A stretch of DNA of 64,000 nt from an uncultured Acidobacteriaceae bacterium (GTDB lineage Bacteria > Acidobacteriota > Terriglobia > Terriglobales > Acidobacteriaceae), in the NCBI GenBank assembly GCA_963766975.1, contig CAVYCF010000012.1, forward strand, positions 32,859-96,858, written 5' to 3'. The position numbers and the translations under genes are program-made. This document shows positions 8,942-18,370 of the stretch, piece by piece (position 1 is the stretch's first letter; each line of letters opens with the position of its first letter). Under the pieces are notes generated by a model. That model did not search any database and was not told the origin of the DNA. It saw nothing but the letters and a program-made list of their open reading frames with translations.

Positions 8942-9832
8942 ATGAGGAAAAATCAAACGATGATTCGGCTGGTTGGTTCAGCCATGTTGGCGATGGCGCT
9001 GCTGGCGGGCTGCAAGAGCAAGCAGGACGAGGCGATCGACAACGCGAAGAAGCAGGCGGCGGCGACGGGGCAGCCGCAGCAGGTTGTGTCCGTAGATAAG
9101 GACGGCAACACGACGACGACGACGATTCAGCCTCCTGCGCCGGGGCAGACGGCAGAGACGGTCTCTTCGACGACCACTCCGGCTGGGGCAGTGCCGGCAG
9201 GGACTCCGCCACCGGCGCCGGGTGTGTATTACAACCCAGTTGGGACTGCGCAGCCGGGGCAACCGGTGGCGCAAGGGCAATCCGGAGCGCCGGCGCCCCC
9301 AGCGCCGATCGTGCCTGCGAATGTGAATGTGCCTGCCGGGACGACGCTGGCGATTCGCATCAACCAGCGCATCAGCGTGAAGACGACGGCGGCGGGTTCG
9401 CCGTTCGATGGAGAGCTGGCCGAGTCCTATACGGACGAGAGTGGGCGCGTGATTCTTCCCAAAGGCACACAGGTGGAAGGGATCGTGGATGCCTCGCACA
9501 GGCGCGGGCACTTCAAGGGCGCATCGTATCTGGAGCTGCGGCTAACGGCGCTGGACCTGAACGGGCAGCGGTATCCGCTGGCGACGCATGATATGACGGA
9601 GCGGAAGAAGGGCAAAGGCAAGCGGTCGGCCGCGATGATCGGCGGCGGAACGGGACTTGGCATGCTGATCGGCGGCGTGGCCAGCGGCGGGACGGGTTTG
9701 CTGATCGGCGGGCTGGCCGGCGCGGGCGCAGGCACGGCCGGTGCTGGACTAACCGGCAACCGCGACCTCGACATTCCGTCGGAGTCGATTGTGCACTTCA
9801 AGCTGGCCGAGGATCTAACGCTAGCAGGATAG
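8942..9832 (+). CDS. Lipoprotein with Pro/Ala linker and a VirB10/TrbI-like glycine-zipper C-terminal domain
   Basis: Lipobox LLAGC; VPAGTTLAIR..., ILPKGTQVEG and Gly-rich GGGTGLGMLIGG motifs. Confidence 0.7.
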   Translation: MRKNQTMIRLVGSAMLAMALLAGCKSKQDEAIDNAKKQAAATGQPQQVVSVDKDGNTTTTTIQPPAPGQTAETVSSTTTPAGAVPAGTPPPAPGVYYNPVGTAQPGQPVAQGQSGAPAPPAPIVPANVNVPAGTTLAIRINQRISVKTTAAGSPFDGELAESYTDESGRVILPKGTQVEGIVDASHRRGHFKGASYLELRLTALDLNGQRYPLATHDMTERKKGKGKRSAAMIGGGTGLGMLIGGVASGGTGLLIGGLAGAGAGTAGAGLTGNRDLDIPSESIVHFKLAEDLTLAG

Positions 9833-9864
9833 TTGTGAGGTTTGTGGTCGGTTTGTTAGTTGTG

Positions 9865-9894
9865 AAAGGCCCATCGGAGACGGTGGGCCTTTTT
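9865..9894. terminator. Bidirectional intrinsic terminator
   Basis: aaaggcccatc-ggaga-cggtgggcctttt between convergent genes. Confidence 0.75.
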
Positions 9895-9897
9895 GCG

Positions 9898-10863
9898 TCA
9901 GCCGACGAGATGCTTTTCGACCAGGGCGACGGCGCGCGACTGGATTTCGGTGTCGGAGCCGAAGCCGGTCAGCCAGTGGATCTCGGGGTCGCGGCGAAAC
10001 CATGTGAGCTGGCGCTTGGCGTAGTTGCGATGGCCCTGCGCGCAGAGCGTGACGGCGTCTTCGCGCGTGAGTGCTCCGCGCAACACCTCAATGGCCTGCG
10101 CGTAGCCAAGCGAGGCGAGCGGTCGGCAATCGTATCCGTACTGCTCGACGAGGCGGGCGGTCTCTTCTTCGAGGCCGCGATCGAACATCGTGGCGGCGCG
10201 GCGATTAATTCGATCGTAAAGCGCGGCGCGCGGCGGATCGAGGCCGAGGCGCAGGATGCGACAGCCGGAGAGTGCTTCACGTTCGTTCTCGCGCCAGTGC
10301 TGGGTGATGGGGCGGCGCGCTGTGAGCGAGACCTCAATAGCGCGGATGAGTTTGGGCACGTCGTTGGCGTGGATAGCGCGGGCGGCGGCGGGGTCGATGC
10401 GGGCGAGGATGCGATGCAGTTGCGTGGGTGACTTGTCCGCGCGGGCGCGGAGTTTCTTGCGCAGTGATTCATCGCGCGGCGGCGCGGGTGAGAGGCCGTC
10501 GAGCAGCGCGCGGAGGTAGAGGCCGGTGCCGCCGGCGACGATGGGCAGGCGATTGCGTTGGGTGATGCCGGCGATGGCCTCGCGCGCGAGGCGGGCGTAG
10601 TGGCCGGCGGTGCAGGGCTGGTCCGGCGTGAGGATGTCGATGAGGTGATGCGAAACGAGGGCGCGTTCTTCGGCGGTGGGTTTGGCGGAGCCGATGTCGA
10701 GGCCGCGATAGACGGCGACGGAGTCGCAGGAGACGACCTCGGCGGGGAAGCGCGCGGCGAGGGCGAGCGCAAGCGCGGTCTTGCCGCTGGCGGTGGGGCC
10801 GGCGAGGACTACCAGCGGAGATGCGGGGAGAGGAGATGCGCGCTCTGGCTTCATAGTCCGCAT
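9898..10863 (-). CDS. miaA: tRNA dimethylallyltransferase
   Basis: LAGPTASGKT, SCDSVAVYRGLDIGSAKP, GGTGLYLRAL and RNYAKRQLTWFR. Confidence 0.97.
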   Translation of the reverse strand: MRTMKPERASPLPASPLVVLAGPTASGKTALALALAARFPAEVVSCDSVAVYRGLDIGSAKPTAEERALVSHHLIDILTPDQPCTAGHYARLAREAIAGITQRNRLPIVAGGTGLYLRALLDGLSPAPPRDESLRKKLRARADKSPTQLHRILARIDPAAARAIHANDVPKLIRAIEVSLTARRPITQHWRENEREALSGCRILRLGLDPPRAALYDRINRRAATMFDRGLEEETARLVEQYGYDCRPLASLGYAQAIEVLRGALTREDAVTLCAQGHRNYAKRQLTWFRRDPEIHWLTGFGSDTEIQSRAVALVEKHLVG

Positions 10864-10902
10864 GGGCTTAGGAAAGTTTGTATCGCTGCGCAGCCCGCGC
10901 TG

Positions 10903-12936
10903 TCAGCCCGTGGATTTTTTGTTGCGGGGGCGGGTGAGGAAGCGGAGCGGGGTGCCGACGAAGCCGAAGGCCTCGCGCAGACGGTTGGCGAGGTAGCGCT
11001 CAAAGGCGAAGTGGAGGGGGACGTCGCGGTCGGTGAAGAGGACGAAGGTGGGCGGAGCGACGGCGGCCTGGGTGATGTAGTAGATCTTGATGCGGCGGTT
11101 GAGAGGGACGGGGGCGGACTGGAAGTCGGTGCGGGCGAGGAAGCGGTTCATCTGGCCGGTGGTGACGCGCTTGCGGCGCTCGCGGGCGACGAGAGAGATG
11201 GCGCGGTAGAGGGCGTCGAGGCCAGTGCCGGCGGCGGCGGATAGAAAGACGACGGGCGCGTAGTCGAGGAACTTGAGGCGGGTGCGGAGCTGGGACTCGA
11301 AGATCTTTTGCGAGGCTTTGGGGGTGTTGGACTTGGTGCCCTCCCACTCGTGCGCGTCCCGGCGGTCGTGCATGAGGGGGGTGACGTGATTGTGTGGCGC
11401 GATTTTAGAAGCAGGTCCCTCGACTGCGCCGCGCGCTGACGCTCGCGGCTTCGCTCGAGATGACAAGTTTGTGGTCAGCAGGTCCCACTTGTTGACGACG
11501 ATGATGACGGAGCGGCCGGACTCATGCGCGTAGCCGCCGATGGTGGCGTCGAGCGCGGTGACGCCGGCGGAGGCGTCGAGGACGAGGAGAGCGATGTCGG
11601 CGGATTCGAGGTGGCGGCGGGCCATGACGACGGAGAGCTTCTCGGCCATCAGGCGGGTCTTGCCTTTGCGGCGGATGCCGGCGGTGTCGATGAGTCGCAG
11701 GGCCTGGCCGTTGCGGATGACGAGCTCGTCGATTGCGTCGCGAGTGGTGCCGGCGATGGGCGAGACGATAGCGCGGTCGGAGCCGGTGAGGGCGTTAAGT
11801 AGCGTGGATTTGCCGACGTTGGGGCGGCCGATGATGGCGATGGGAGTTTCTGCGGGGATGTGTTCGGCGTGGCGGGGGTGGTGGGTTGCTGGCTCGTTGG
11901 AGGCGACTTCGCTGACGGCACCGGGGAGCAGTTCTGATCCTGCGGCGGGGCTGAAGTCGGGACCGGTCTCGTCCTCTTCGATCTCGTCGGCTTCAGTGAG
12001 CATGGCTTCCGGTGCGCTGACGGTCTCGGTGGGTTCGGGGAGGACGGCGAAGGCGGCGTCGAGGAGGTCGCCGATGCCGATGGCGTGCTCGGCGGAGATG
12101 GGGATGATGTTTTTGAAGCCGAGGCGGCGGAAGTCTTCGGCGTTGGAGGCGAGGGCGGCGGTGTCGATCTTGTTGACGGCGAGGAAGACGGGCTTGCCGG
12201 AGCGGAGGAGCAGGCGCGCAAGTTCGAGGTCGGGGGCGGCGAGCTCGGTGCGGCCGTCGACCACCATGATGATGGCGTCGGCTTCGGCGAGCGCGGTGCG
12301 GGCCTGACGGAAGATCTCGGCGGGGATGAGCTCGGGGTCGTCGGGGAGGACGCCGCCGGTGTCGACGAGGCGGGCGGTGCGGGCGAGCCATTCGAGATCG
12401 GCGTAGATGCGGTCGCGGGTGATGCCGGGCTCGTCGCCGACGATGGAGCGGCGGGAGCCGGTGAGGCGGTTGAAGAGGGTGGACTTGCCGACGTTGGGGC
12501 GGCCGACGATGGCGATCAGGGGAAGGCCGGTTTCGGATTCGAGGTGGGCGGCGGCTGTGCGGGCGACTCGGGCGTTGAGCGACATTTGCGCGGCGAGGGA
12601 TTCGGCGCGGGACCAGGCAGCGGCCTCGGCGGGGAGCTCGAGGTTGGGATCGTAGGGATCGTGCGCAGAGATGCGGGATTTGCCTCGCGGAGCGTTTGGC
12701 GCGATGGGCTTACTGCGTTCGCGCTCAGGGGATTGCGTGGGGATGTGGCGCTTGGCCTCGGCCTTGCGCCGGTCGGAGGCGATTTTTTTGCGGCCCTTGG
12801 GCGAGGCGTTGGAGACGCTGGCAACGAAGGCGCCGGTGGTGGGCTTGCGGCGCGGGGCGGAGCCGGATTTCTTGGGGCGCGTGGTGGCCTGGCGATGCTT
12901 CTTGCCGAGACGTTTCTTGCTGGGGCGCGGTGGCAT
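10903..12936 (-). CDS. der: Ribosome biogenesis GTPase Der/EngA, with a basic N-terminal extension and an insert in GD2
   Basis: Two GRPNVGKST G1 motifs, DTGG/DTAG, NKID/NKWD and a C-terminal KH-like domain (PPTFVLF). Confidence 0.97.
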   Translation of the reverse strand: MPPRPSKKRLGKKHRQATTRPKKSGSAPRRKPTTGAFVASVSNASPKGRKKIASDRRKAEAKRHIPTQSPERERSKPIAPNAPRGKSRISAHDPYDPNLELPAEAAAWSRAESLAAQMSLNARVARTAAAHLESETGLPLIAIVGRPNVGKSTLFNRLTGSRRSIVGDEPGITRDRIYADLEWLARTARLVDTGGVLPDDPELIPAEIFRQARTALAEADAIIMVVDGRTELAAPDLELARLLLRSGKPVFLAVNKIDTAALASNAEDFRRLGFKNIIPISAEHAIGIGDLLDAAFAVLPEPTETVSAPEAMLTEADEIEEDETGPDFSPAAGSELLPGAVSEVASNEPATHHPRHAEHIPAETPIAIIGRPNVGKSTLLNALTGSDRAIVSPIAGTTRDAIDELVIRNGQALRLIDTAGIRRKGKTRLMAEKLSVVMARRHLESADIALLVLDASAGVTALDATIGGYAHESGRSVIIVVNKWDLLTTNLSSRAKPRASARGAVEGPASKIAPHNHVTPLMHDRRDAHEWEGTKSNTPKASQKIFESQLRTRLKFLDYAPVVFLSAAAGTGLDALYRAISLVARERRKRVTTGQMNRFLARTDFQSAPVPLNRRIKIYYITQAAVAPPTFVLFTDRDVPLHFAFERYLANRLREAFGFVGTPLRFLTRPRNKKSTG
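11335..11381. repeat. REP-like hairpin (GGTGCCC-ended type) in frame within der
   Basis: cccactcgtgcgcg pairs with cgtgcatgagggg, preceded by ggtgccc. The ppc-internal hairpin carries the same end as gggcacc. Confidence 0.55.
11409..11466. repeat. REP-like element in frame within der
   Basis: Left 19 nt identical and right 17/18 nt identical to the intergenic copy at 57705-57759, with the same total length. Confidence 0.85.
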
Positions 12937-13011
12937 GGAGACTTCCCTGTGATCTCTCTTCCGCGGCAGGTGGCGGAGGGGTACAGTCTCAGTCTACTTG
13001 GGAAAGAAAAA

Positions 13012-13039
13012 TGTCCGGCCGAGATGCGGTGAAACGTTT
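13012..13039 (+). promoter_or_regulatory. Possible ECF42-type promoter (TGTCCG-N17-CGTTT)
   Basis: Imperfect match to the recalled ECF42 consensus (-35 TGTCGA, -10 CG(A/T)C), upstream of the YciI-ECF operon. Confidence 0.25.
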
Positions 13040-13078
13040 AAGATGCGTAACACCCAAGAACACTGATGGAACAGGAGA

Positions 13079-13426
13079 ATGACAATGGCTGAATTTCTAT
13101 ATCTTTACCGCGGTGGAGCGGAACCGAAGTCGCCTGCTGAAGGGCAGGAGACCATGCAGAAGTGGATGGCCTGGATGAAAGAGCTGGGCGCGGCAGGACA
13201 TCTGAAAGAGGTGGGCGCGCCCCTGGAGCGGACGGGCAAAGTGGTGAAGGGCGCCAAGAAGGTAGTAAGCGACGGGCTGTTTGTGGAGGCGAAGGACATG
13301 ATCGGCGGCTATACGTTGGTCACCGCGAAGAGTCTCGACGAGGCGGTAGAGGCCGCGAAGGGCTGCCCGATCTTTGAGGTGGACGGGGCCGTGGAGGTAC
13401 GTCCGCTGCTGCAGATGAACATGTAA
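13079..13426 (+). CDS. YciI/DGPF-family protein
   Basis: GAPL...VSDGLFVEAKDMIGGY...A...A.GCP...GAVEVRP. Confidence 0.9.
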   Translation: MTMAEFLYLYRGGAEPKSPAEGQETMQKWMAWMKELGAAGHLKEVGAPLERTGKVVKGAKKVVSDGLFVEAKDMIGGYTLVTAKSLDEAVEAAKGCPIFEVDGAVEVRPLLQMNM

Positions 13427-14703
13427 TGGAAGAGCAACGCCAGACCGGCGGCGAACTGGACCCGCAACTGTTTCGGCATGAGGCGGGCCGGATGGTGGCG
13501 GCTCTGACGCGGCTGTTCGGGATGCACAACCTCGCGCTGGCAGAAGACGTGGTGCAGGACGCCTTCTGCCGCGCGCTCGAGGTTTGGAAGTTCAACGGGG
13601 TACCGGCGAACCCTTCGGCGTGGCTGATGATCACGGCCAAACGCCGCGCGGTGGACATCCTGCGGCGGGAGCGGACGGCGCGGACCTATGAGCCGGAGCT
13701 GACACGCCTGATCGAGAGCGAGTGGACGCTGGTGCCCACCGTGCACGAGGTGTTCGAGCCGAACGCGATCCAGGATGAGCAGCTGCGGATGATGTTCTCG
13801 TGCTGCCATCCGCGGCTGCGAGAGGACGCACGGGTCGCGCTGATGCTGCATATTCTGTGCGGATTCAGCGTGGGTGAGGTGGCAGCGGCGTTCGTCAGCG
13901 GACAAGCGGCGACGGAGAAGCGAATTACACGGGCGAAGAAGGTGATGGCGCGGTCCAGGAAGCTGTTTGACGTGGCATCGCCGGGGGAGTTCGCCAGCCG
14001 CCTGCCCGATGTGCAGAGGGCGCTTTATCTGCTGTTCAACGAGGGGTATCACGGAACAACGGCGGAAACCTCGGTGCGGACGGAGCTGTGCCGGGAGGCG
14101 ATGCGTCTGACGGCGATGCTGCTCGAGCATCCAATGGGACGGACGATGGGTACGCTGGCGCTGGCCGCGCTGATGCATCTCCATGCTGCCCGCCTGCCGG
14201 CCCGGGTGGATGCGGAGGGAAGGCTGGCTTCCCTGCCGGAGCAGGACCGGACGCGATGGGACGATGCCCTGACGCGAGAGGGGATCCGCTTGCTGGAGGC
14301 GTCGGCGACGGGCGCGCAGGTGACAGAGTTCCATGTGGAGGCGGCGATTGCCGCGGAGCATGCGCGCGCCGGAAGAATGGAGGACACGGACTGGGCGGCG
14401 ATCGTGACGCTGTTTGACAGGTTGATGATGGTGCGGCCTTCGCCGATTGTGGCGCTGAATCGCGCGATTGCCGTGGCGCAAAGAGATGGCCCGGAGCGAG
14501 GGCTGGAGGAGATGGCGTCGATTACCGGGCAGGAGCGGCTGGCGCAGTACCCGTTCTACTGGGCAGCGATGGGGGAGATGGAACTGCGGCTGGGAAGAAG
14601 AGAGATGGCGCGAGAGAGTTTCAAGAGGGCAAAGAAAGCGGCGCGGAACGAGATGGAACGAAGCTTTCTGGAGCGCAGAGTGAAGGTGTGCGCGGCGGGT
14701 TGA
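13426..14703 (+). CDS. ECF sigma factor with C-terminal TPR-like extension (ECF42 type)
   Basis: LAEDVVQDAF (sigma2), LRMMFSCCHP, YLLFNEGY and SPIVALNRAIA; translationally coupled to YciI. Confidence 0.9.
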   Translation: MEEQRQTGGELDPQLFRHEAGRMVAALTRLFGMHNLALAEDVVQDAFCRALEVWKFNGVPANPSAWLMITAKRRAVDILRRERTARTYEPELTRLIESEWTLVPTVHEVFEPNAIQDEQLRMMFSCCHPRLREDARVALMLHILCGFSVGEVAAAFVSGQAATEKRITRAKKVMARSRKLFDVASPGEFASRLPDVQRALYLLFNEGYHGTTAETSVRTELCREAMRLTAMLLEHPMGRTMGTLALAALMHLHAARLPARVDAEGRLASLPEQDRTRWDDALTREGIRLLEASATGAQVTEFHVEAAIAAEHARAGRMEDTDWAAIVTLFDRLMMVRPSPIVALNRAIAVAQRDGPERGLEEMASITGQERLAQYPFYWAAMGEMELRLGRREMARESFKRAKKAARNEMERSFLERRVKVCAAG

Positions 14704-14710
14704 GCGTGTT

Positions 14711-14747
14711 GGCTGAATCCTCAGCCGGTGTTGCGGAGGCTTCAGCC
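14711..14747. terminator. Hairpin (REP-like or terminator) between convergent genes, overlapping the ppc stop
   Basis: ggctgaatcctc pairs with gaggcttcagcc (11/12). Confidence 0.5.
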
Positions 14748-17717
14748 CGTATTTCTGAGGCCGGCGGAGATGCCGTTGATGGTGGCGGTGATGGCGCGGT
14801 CGAGTTCGGCGGAGGGCGAGGCGCCTGAGGCTTGTGCCGCGCGCTTGCGGCGGAGGAGCTCGACCTGGATGAGGGACATGGGGTCGACGTAGGGGTTGCG
14901 CAGGCGGATGGAGCGCTCAAGCACCTTGTTGGTCGCGAGCAGCGTGGACTGGCCGAGGATGGCGAGCACCATGCGCGTAGTGAGTTCGAACTCGGCGAGC
15001 AGTGTGTTGAAGACGCGCTCGCGCAGGCCGGGGTCGGTGACGAGTGAGGCGTAGAGGCGTGCGATGGAGAAGTCGGCCTTGGCGAGGCCGACCTCGACGT
15101 TGCGGATGATGTCAATGAAGAGCGGGAAGCCGCGCGCCATGGATTGGAGCAGGGCGAGGTTGGCGGCTTCGCGAGTGGCCTGATCCGGATTGCTGTCCGC
15201 GCCGTTGGTCTGGATGAAGTGCTGGAGCGCGTGGCCGACGCCGAAGTAGGCAGGTACGACGTGGCGGGACTGCATCCAGCCGAAGACCCAGGGGATGGCG
15301 CGGAGGTCTTCCATGCTGCGCTTGCGCTGGGCGCTGGCGTCGGTGCGTTTGGCGGGGCGGGAACCGATGCGGGCGTGCTCGAGCTCGGCGACGGGCGTGG
15401 CCTGCTCGAAGTAGGTGAAGGTGTCGGGGTCTTCGGCGATGTGTTTGCGGTAGAAGGCGTAGCTGGTGGCGGAGAGCTGGTCGAGCGCGGACTCCCACTC
15501 GGGGAGGATCTCGCCGGTGAGGTGAGGTGTGTACCGAGCTTCGTCTCCCACCTTAGCTCCCTGCGGTCGCGAAGGTGGGGCACCCGATTTGTGCTGCAGC
15601 GTCGCGTCGGGGCGGGCGAGGGCGTCGAGCGAGGCGGCGATCATGAGTTCGAGATTGCGCTCGGCGAGGATCACGTCGGAGTACTTCCAGTTGAGGACCT
15701 CGCCCTGCTCGGTGATGCGCAGCTCGCCAGAGAAGCTCTCGATGGGCTGGGCGAAGATGGCGCGATGCGTAGGACCGCCGCCGCGGCCTACGGTCCCTCC
15801 GCGGCCGTGGAAGAGGCGCAGGGTGACGCCGCATTCGCGTGCGACCTGGTGCAGCGCGCGGTGGGCCTTCCATATCTCCCAGGTGGAGGTGATCATGCCG
15901 CCGTCTTTGTTGGAGTCGGAGTAGCCGAGCATCACCTCCTGCTCGTGGTTCCAGGATGCGAGCAGCGGCTTGTAGGCGGGCGACGACCAGAGCTGGCGCA
16001 TGATGGCAGGCGCGTTCTGCAGGTCTTCGATGGATTCGAAGAGCGGGACGGGCTGCAGGCCGGGGTCGGAAGATTTGCCTTGCGCGTCTCCTTCCACGCG
16101 CACGCCGCCGAGGCGCGCGAGTCGGACGACGTTGAGGATGTCTTCTGCGGAGGTTGCGCCGGAGATGACATAGCGTGGGAGCGATTCAGCGGGGAGGTCG
16201 CGCTTGAGTTCGGCGATGGCGCGGAAGGTGTCGAGGACTTCGGTGCTTGATGGTGAGAGCGCGGGGCCGAGTTCGTTCGCGGCAGGCAGCTTTGCGATCT
16301 CGGCGATGGCGGCGGAGTGGACGCGGGCGTGCTGGCGGATGTCGAGGGTTTGAAGATGGAGGCCGTAGGTGCGGACCTCGAGCAGGAAGGGATCGATGTA
16401 GAGGCGGGCGAGTCGCTGGCCGCGATTATGGATGAGGCTCGCGCGCAGGACGGTGAGGTCGGCGATCAGTTCGGCAGCGGTTGCATAGGGCGCGAGCGCG
16501 GAGCCGGCGGGGAGCGGGACGGAGATGTGCGGCGGGCCGCCGAGGCGCATCATGATGCAGCTGACGAGCAGGCGTACGGACTCAAAGGGGAAGCGGGATT
16601 CGAGGATGGTTTGACCAGCCGCCCGGAGTTGCGTGAGGTAGGTGTCGACGAGCTCGGTGAGCTCGAGGGTGACGGCGACGATGCGCGTGGAGCTGGCGAG
16701 CTGATCGAAGATCACTTGTAGGCGTGAGCGGTAGTGGGTGAAGAGGAGCTCGCGGGCGAGGGTGAGCGCCTGGCGAGTGACCTCAGGCGTGACGAACGGA
16801 TTGCCGTCGCGGTCGCCGCCGATCCAGGAGCCGAAGGCGACGAGTTGAGGGAGCTCGGTGAGGGATGGTTCGGCGATGGAGAACTCGTTGGCGATCGCCT
16901 GCGCGACCTCGGAGTAGAGGGCGGGCAGAGTGTTGAAGATGGAGGCCTCGTAGTAGTCGAGCGCCATGCGGACCTCGTCGCGCACGGTGGGGCGGGCCTG
17001 GCGGACCTCGTCGGTCTGCCAGAGGGCGGTGATTTCGGCGAGAAGGTCGCGCTCGAGGGATTCGAGATTTTCTTCGGGGACGGGGATGCGGTCGAGCTGT
17101 TCGAGGAGGTCGGAGATGCGGCGGCGCTTGAACATCACGGAGCGGCGGGCGACTTCGGTGGGGTGGGCGGTAAAGACGGGCGTGATGCAGATCTTCCCGA
17201 GCAGCGCGCGGGCGTCGTCGGCGCTGGCGCCGGCGAGATGGATCTGGCGGAGAGCTCCACGGATCGACCCGCGCTGGGGGACGGCGTCCGGGTGGAGTTG
17301 GCTGGCGAGGCGGCGGCGCTTGCGGTGGTTGGTCTCGGCGAGGTTGATGAGCTCGAAGTAGAAGGCGAAGGCGCGGGCGAGCTGGTAGGCGCTGGTCTCA
17401 GAGAGCGCGCCGACGCAGGCGATGGCGTGCTGGAGAGGATCGGACGTGGCGCTGGGTGAGGTAGCGCGGGGCTTTGCGGCGCGCGGCGCGGCGGCGGATT
17501 CAGAGACTTCGGCCTCGCGGCGGGTGATGGCGGTCTGGCGCAGCTCTTCGACGGACTGGAAGGTGGCGTCGCCGGCCTGCTCGCGCAGGACCTCGCCGAG
17601 GAGTGCGCCGAGCGAGCGCACGTCGCGGCGGAGCGGAGCTTCCTTGAGCTCGCCGGCGGTGGCTTCGAGTTCAGCCAGGCGCTGCGGCCAGTTGGCGGGC
17701 GACCAGAGTGAGGGCAT
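14742..17717 (-). CDS. ppc: Phosphoenolpyruvate carboxylase
   Basis: VFTAHPTE, GSWIGGDRDGNP, VMLGYSDSNKDGG, FHGRGGTVGRGGGP and LRAIPWVFGW; ends GLRNTG. Start taken at MPSLW. Confidence 0.97.
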   Translation of the reverse strand: MPSLWSPANWPQRLAELEATAGELKEAPLRRDVRSLGALLGEVLREQAGDATFQSVEELRQTAITRREAEVSESAAAPRAAKPRATSPSATSDPLQHAIACVGALSETSAYQLARAFAFYFELINLAETNHRKRRRLASQLHPDAVPQRGSIRGALRQIHLAGASADDARALLGKICITPVFTAHPTEVARRSVMFKRRRISDLLEQLDRIPVPEENLESLERDLLAEITALWQTDEVRQARPTVRDEVRMALDYYEASIFNTLPALYSEVAQAIANEFSIAEPSLTELPQLVAFGSWIGGDRDGNPFVTPEVTRQALTLARELLFTHYRSRLQVIFDQLASSTRIVAVTLELTELVDTYLTQLRAAGQTILESRFPFESVRLLVSCIMMRLGGPPHISVPLPAGSALAPYATAAELIADLTVLRASLIHNRGQRLARLYIDPFLLEVRTYGLHLQTLDIRQHARVHSAAIAEIAKLPAANELGPALSPSSTEVLDTFRAIAELKRDLPAESLPRYVISGATSAEDILNVVRLARLGGVRVEGDAQGKSSDPGLQPVPLFESIEDLQNAPAIMRQLWSSPAYKPLLASWNHEQEVMLGYSDSNKDGGMITSTWEIWKAHRALHQVARECGVTLRLFHGRGGTVGRGGGPTHRAIFAQPIESFSGELRITEQGEVLNWKYSDVILAERNLELMIAASLDALARPDATLQHKSGAPPSRPQGAKVGDEARYTPHLTGEILPEWESALDQLSATSYAFYRKHIAEDPDTFTYFEQATPVAELEHARIGSRPAKRTDASAQRKRSMEDLRAIPWVFGWMQSRHVVPAYFGVGHALQHFIQTNGADSNPDQATREAANLALLQSMARGFPLFIDIIRNVEVGLAKADFSIARLYASLVTDPGLRERVFNTLLAEFELTTRMVLAILGQSTLLATNKVLERSIRLRNPYVDPMSLIQVELLRRKRAAQASGASPSAELDRAITATINGISAGLRNTG
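15547..15585. repeat. REP-like hairpin in frame within ppc
   Basis: Perfect 8-bp stem cccacctt/aaggtggg followed by gcaccc; it encodes part of GAPPSRPQGAKVG. Confidence 0.65.
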
Positions 17718-17816
17718 TAAGCCCATTATGCAACGGGGTGGGATGAGGAACTGATGAGGAAAGGCGGTCCGCGAAAGGTAAACTCCGCGCAATGCTCCGC
17801 GCGGAGTTCCGCAGCG

Positions 17817-18245
17817 TTACATTCCGGGCATGCAGGTGAGGTACTGGGTTTTGATGGTAGAGCTGGCGGCGAACATTGCGACGAAGGCGTCAAAGGCCGC
17901 GTCATGCTTGGGCGACTTCTCGTCGGCAGGGCTGATGTGGGTTGTAATGGCCTGGGTGTCGGAGAGGGTGTAGGCCTTGGTGGTGGGGTCGCGATTGAGA
18001 ACGCGCATGACCGCAATGCTGTCGGGCGTGCCGGCAGACTTATACCAGGCGGCCTGGGCGGCGACGGCGTCGAGGAACTTCTGCATCATGCCCGGCTTGA
18101 TCTCCGAGATGCGCACGATGTTGACGTTGCCGGTGCAGGGAAACGGTGCGGCAGCCTGTTGGGCGAGGACGTGCGAAGGAGCGAGGGCCGGGGTGAGTGA
18201 GGCGGCTAGGGCGAACAGAAGGACGAGCGAGCGGCGAATGCGCAT
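17817..18245 (-). CDS. Secreted hypothetical protein (possibly dimeric alpha-beta barrel/NIPSNAP-like)
   Basis: Signal peptide MRIRRSLVLLFALAA...LA-Q; IVRISEIKPGMMQKF. Confidence 0.65.
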   Translation of the reverse strand: MRIRRSLVLLFALAASLTPALAPSHVLAQQAAAPFPCTGNVNIVRISEIKPGMMQKFLDAVAAQAAWYKSAGTPDSIAVMRVLNRDPTTKAYTLSDTQAITTHISPADEKSPKHDAAFDAFVAMFAASSTIKTQYLTCMPGM

Positions 18246-18370
18246 GGCGGGTCTCCTTATTCGGAGAACCCTACCACGCAACGGTTGCAATTCCCTAACT
18301 GGGAAGAAACAAGACGCGAGACTGCTGCTCAGCTTTGATAGGTCAGCTTCGGTTGTCAGTTGGTCGTCAG

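Noticed and set aside
12085-13032. Long opposite-strand or alternate-frame ORFs (also 26934-28358, 31704-32879, 39278-40702, 53952-55040, 59848-60861)
   Set aside because: They overlap well-supported genes and show low-complexity Arg/Ala/Gly composition typical of shadow frames.
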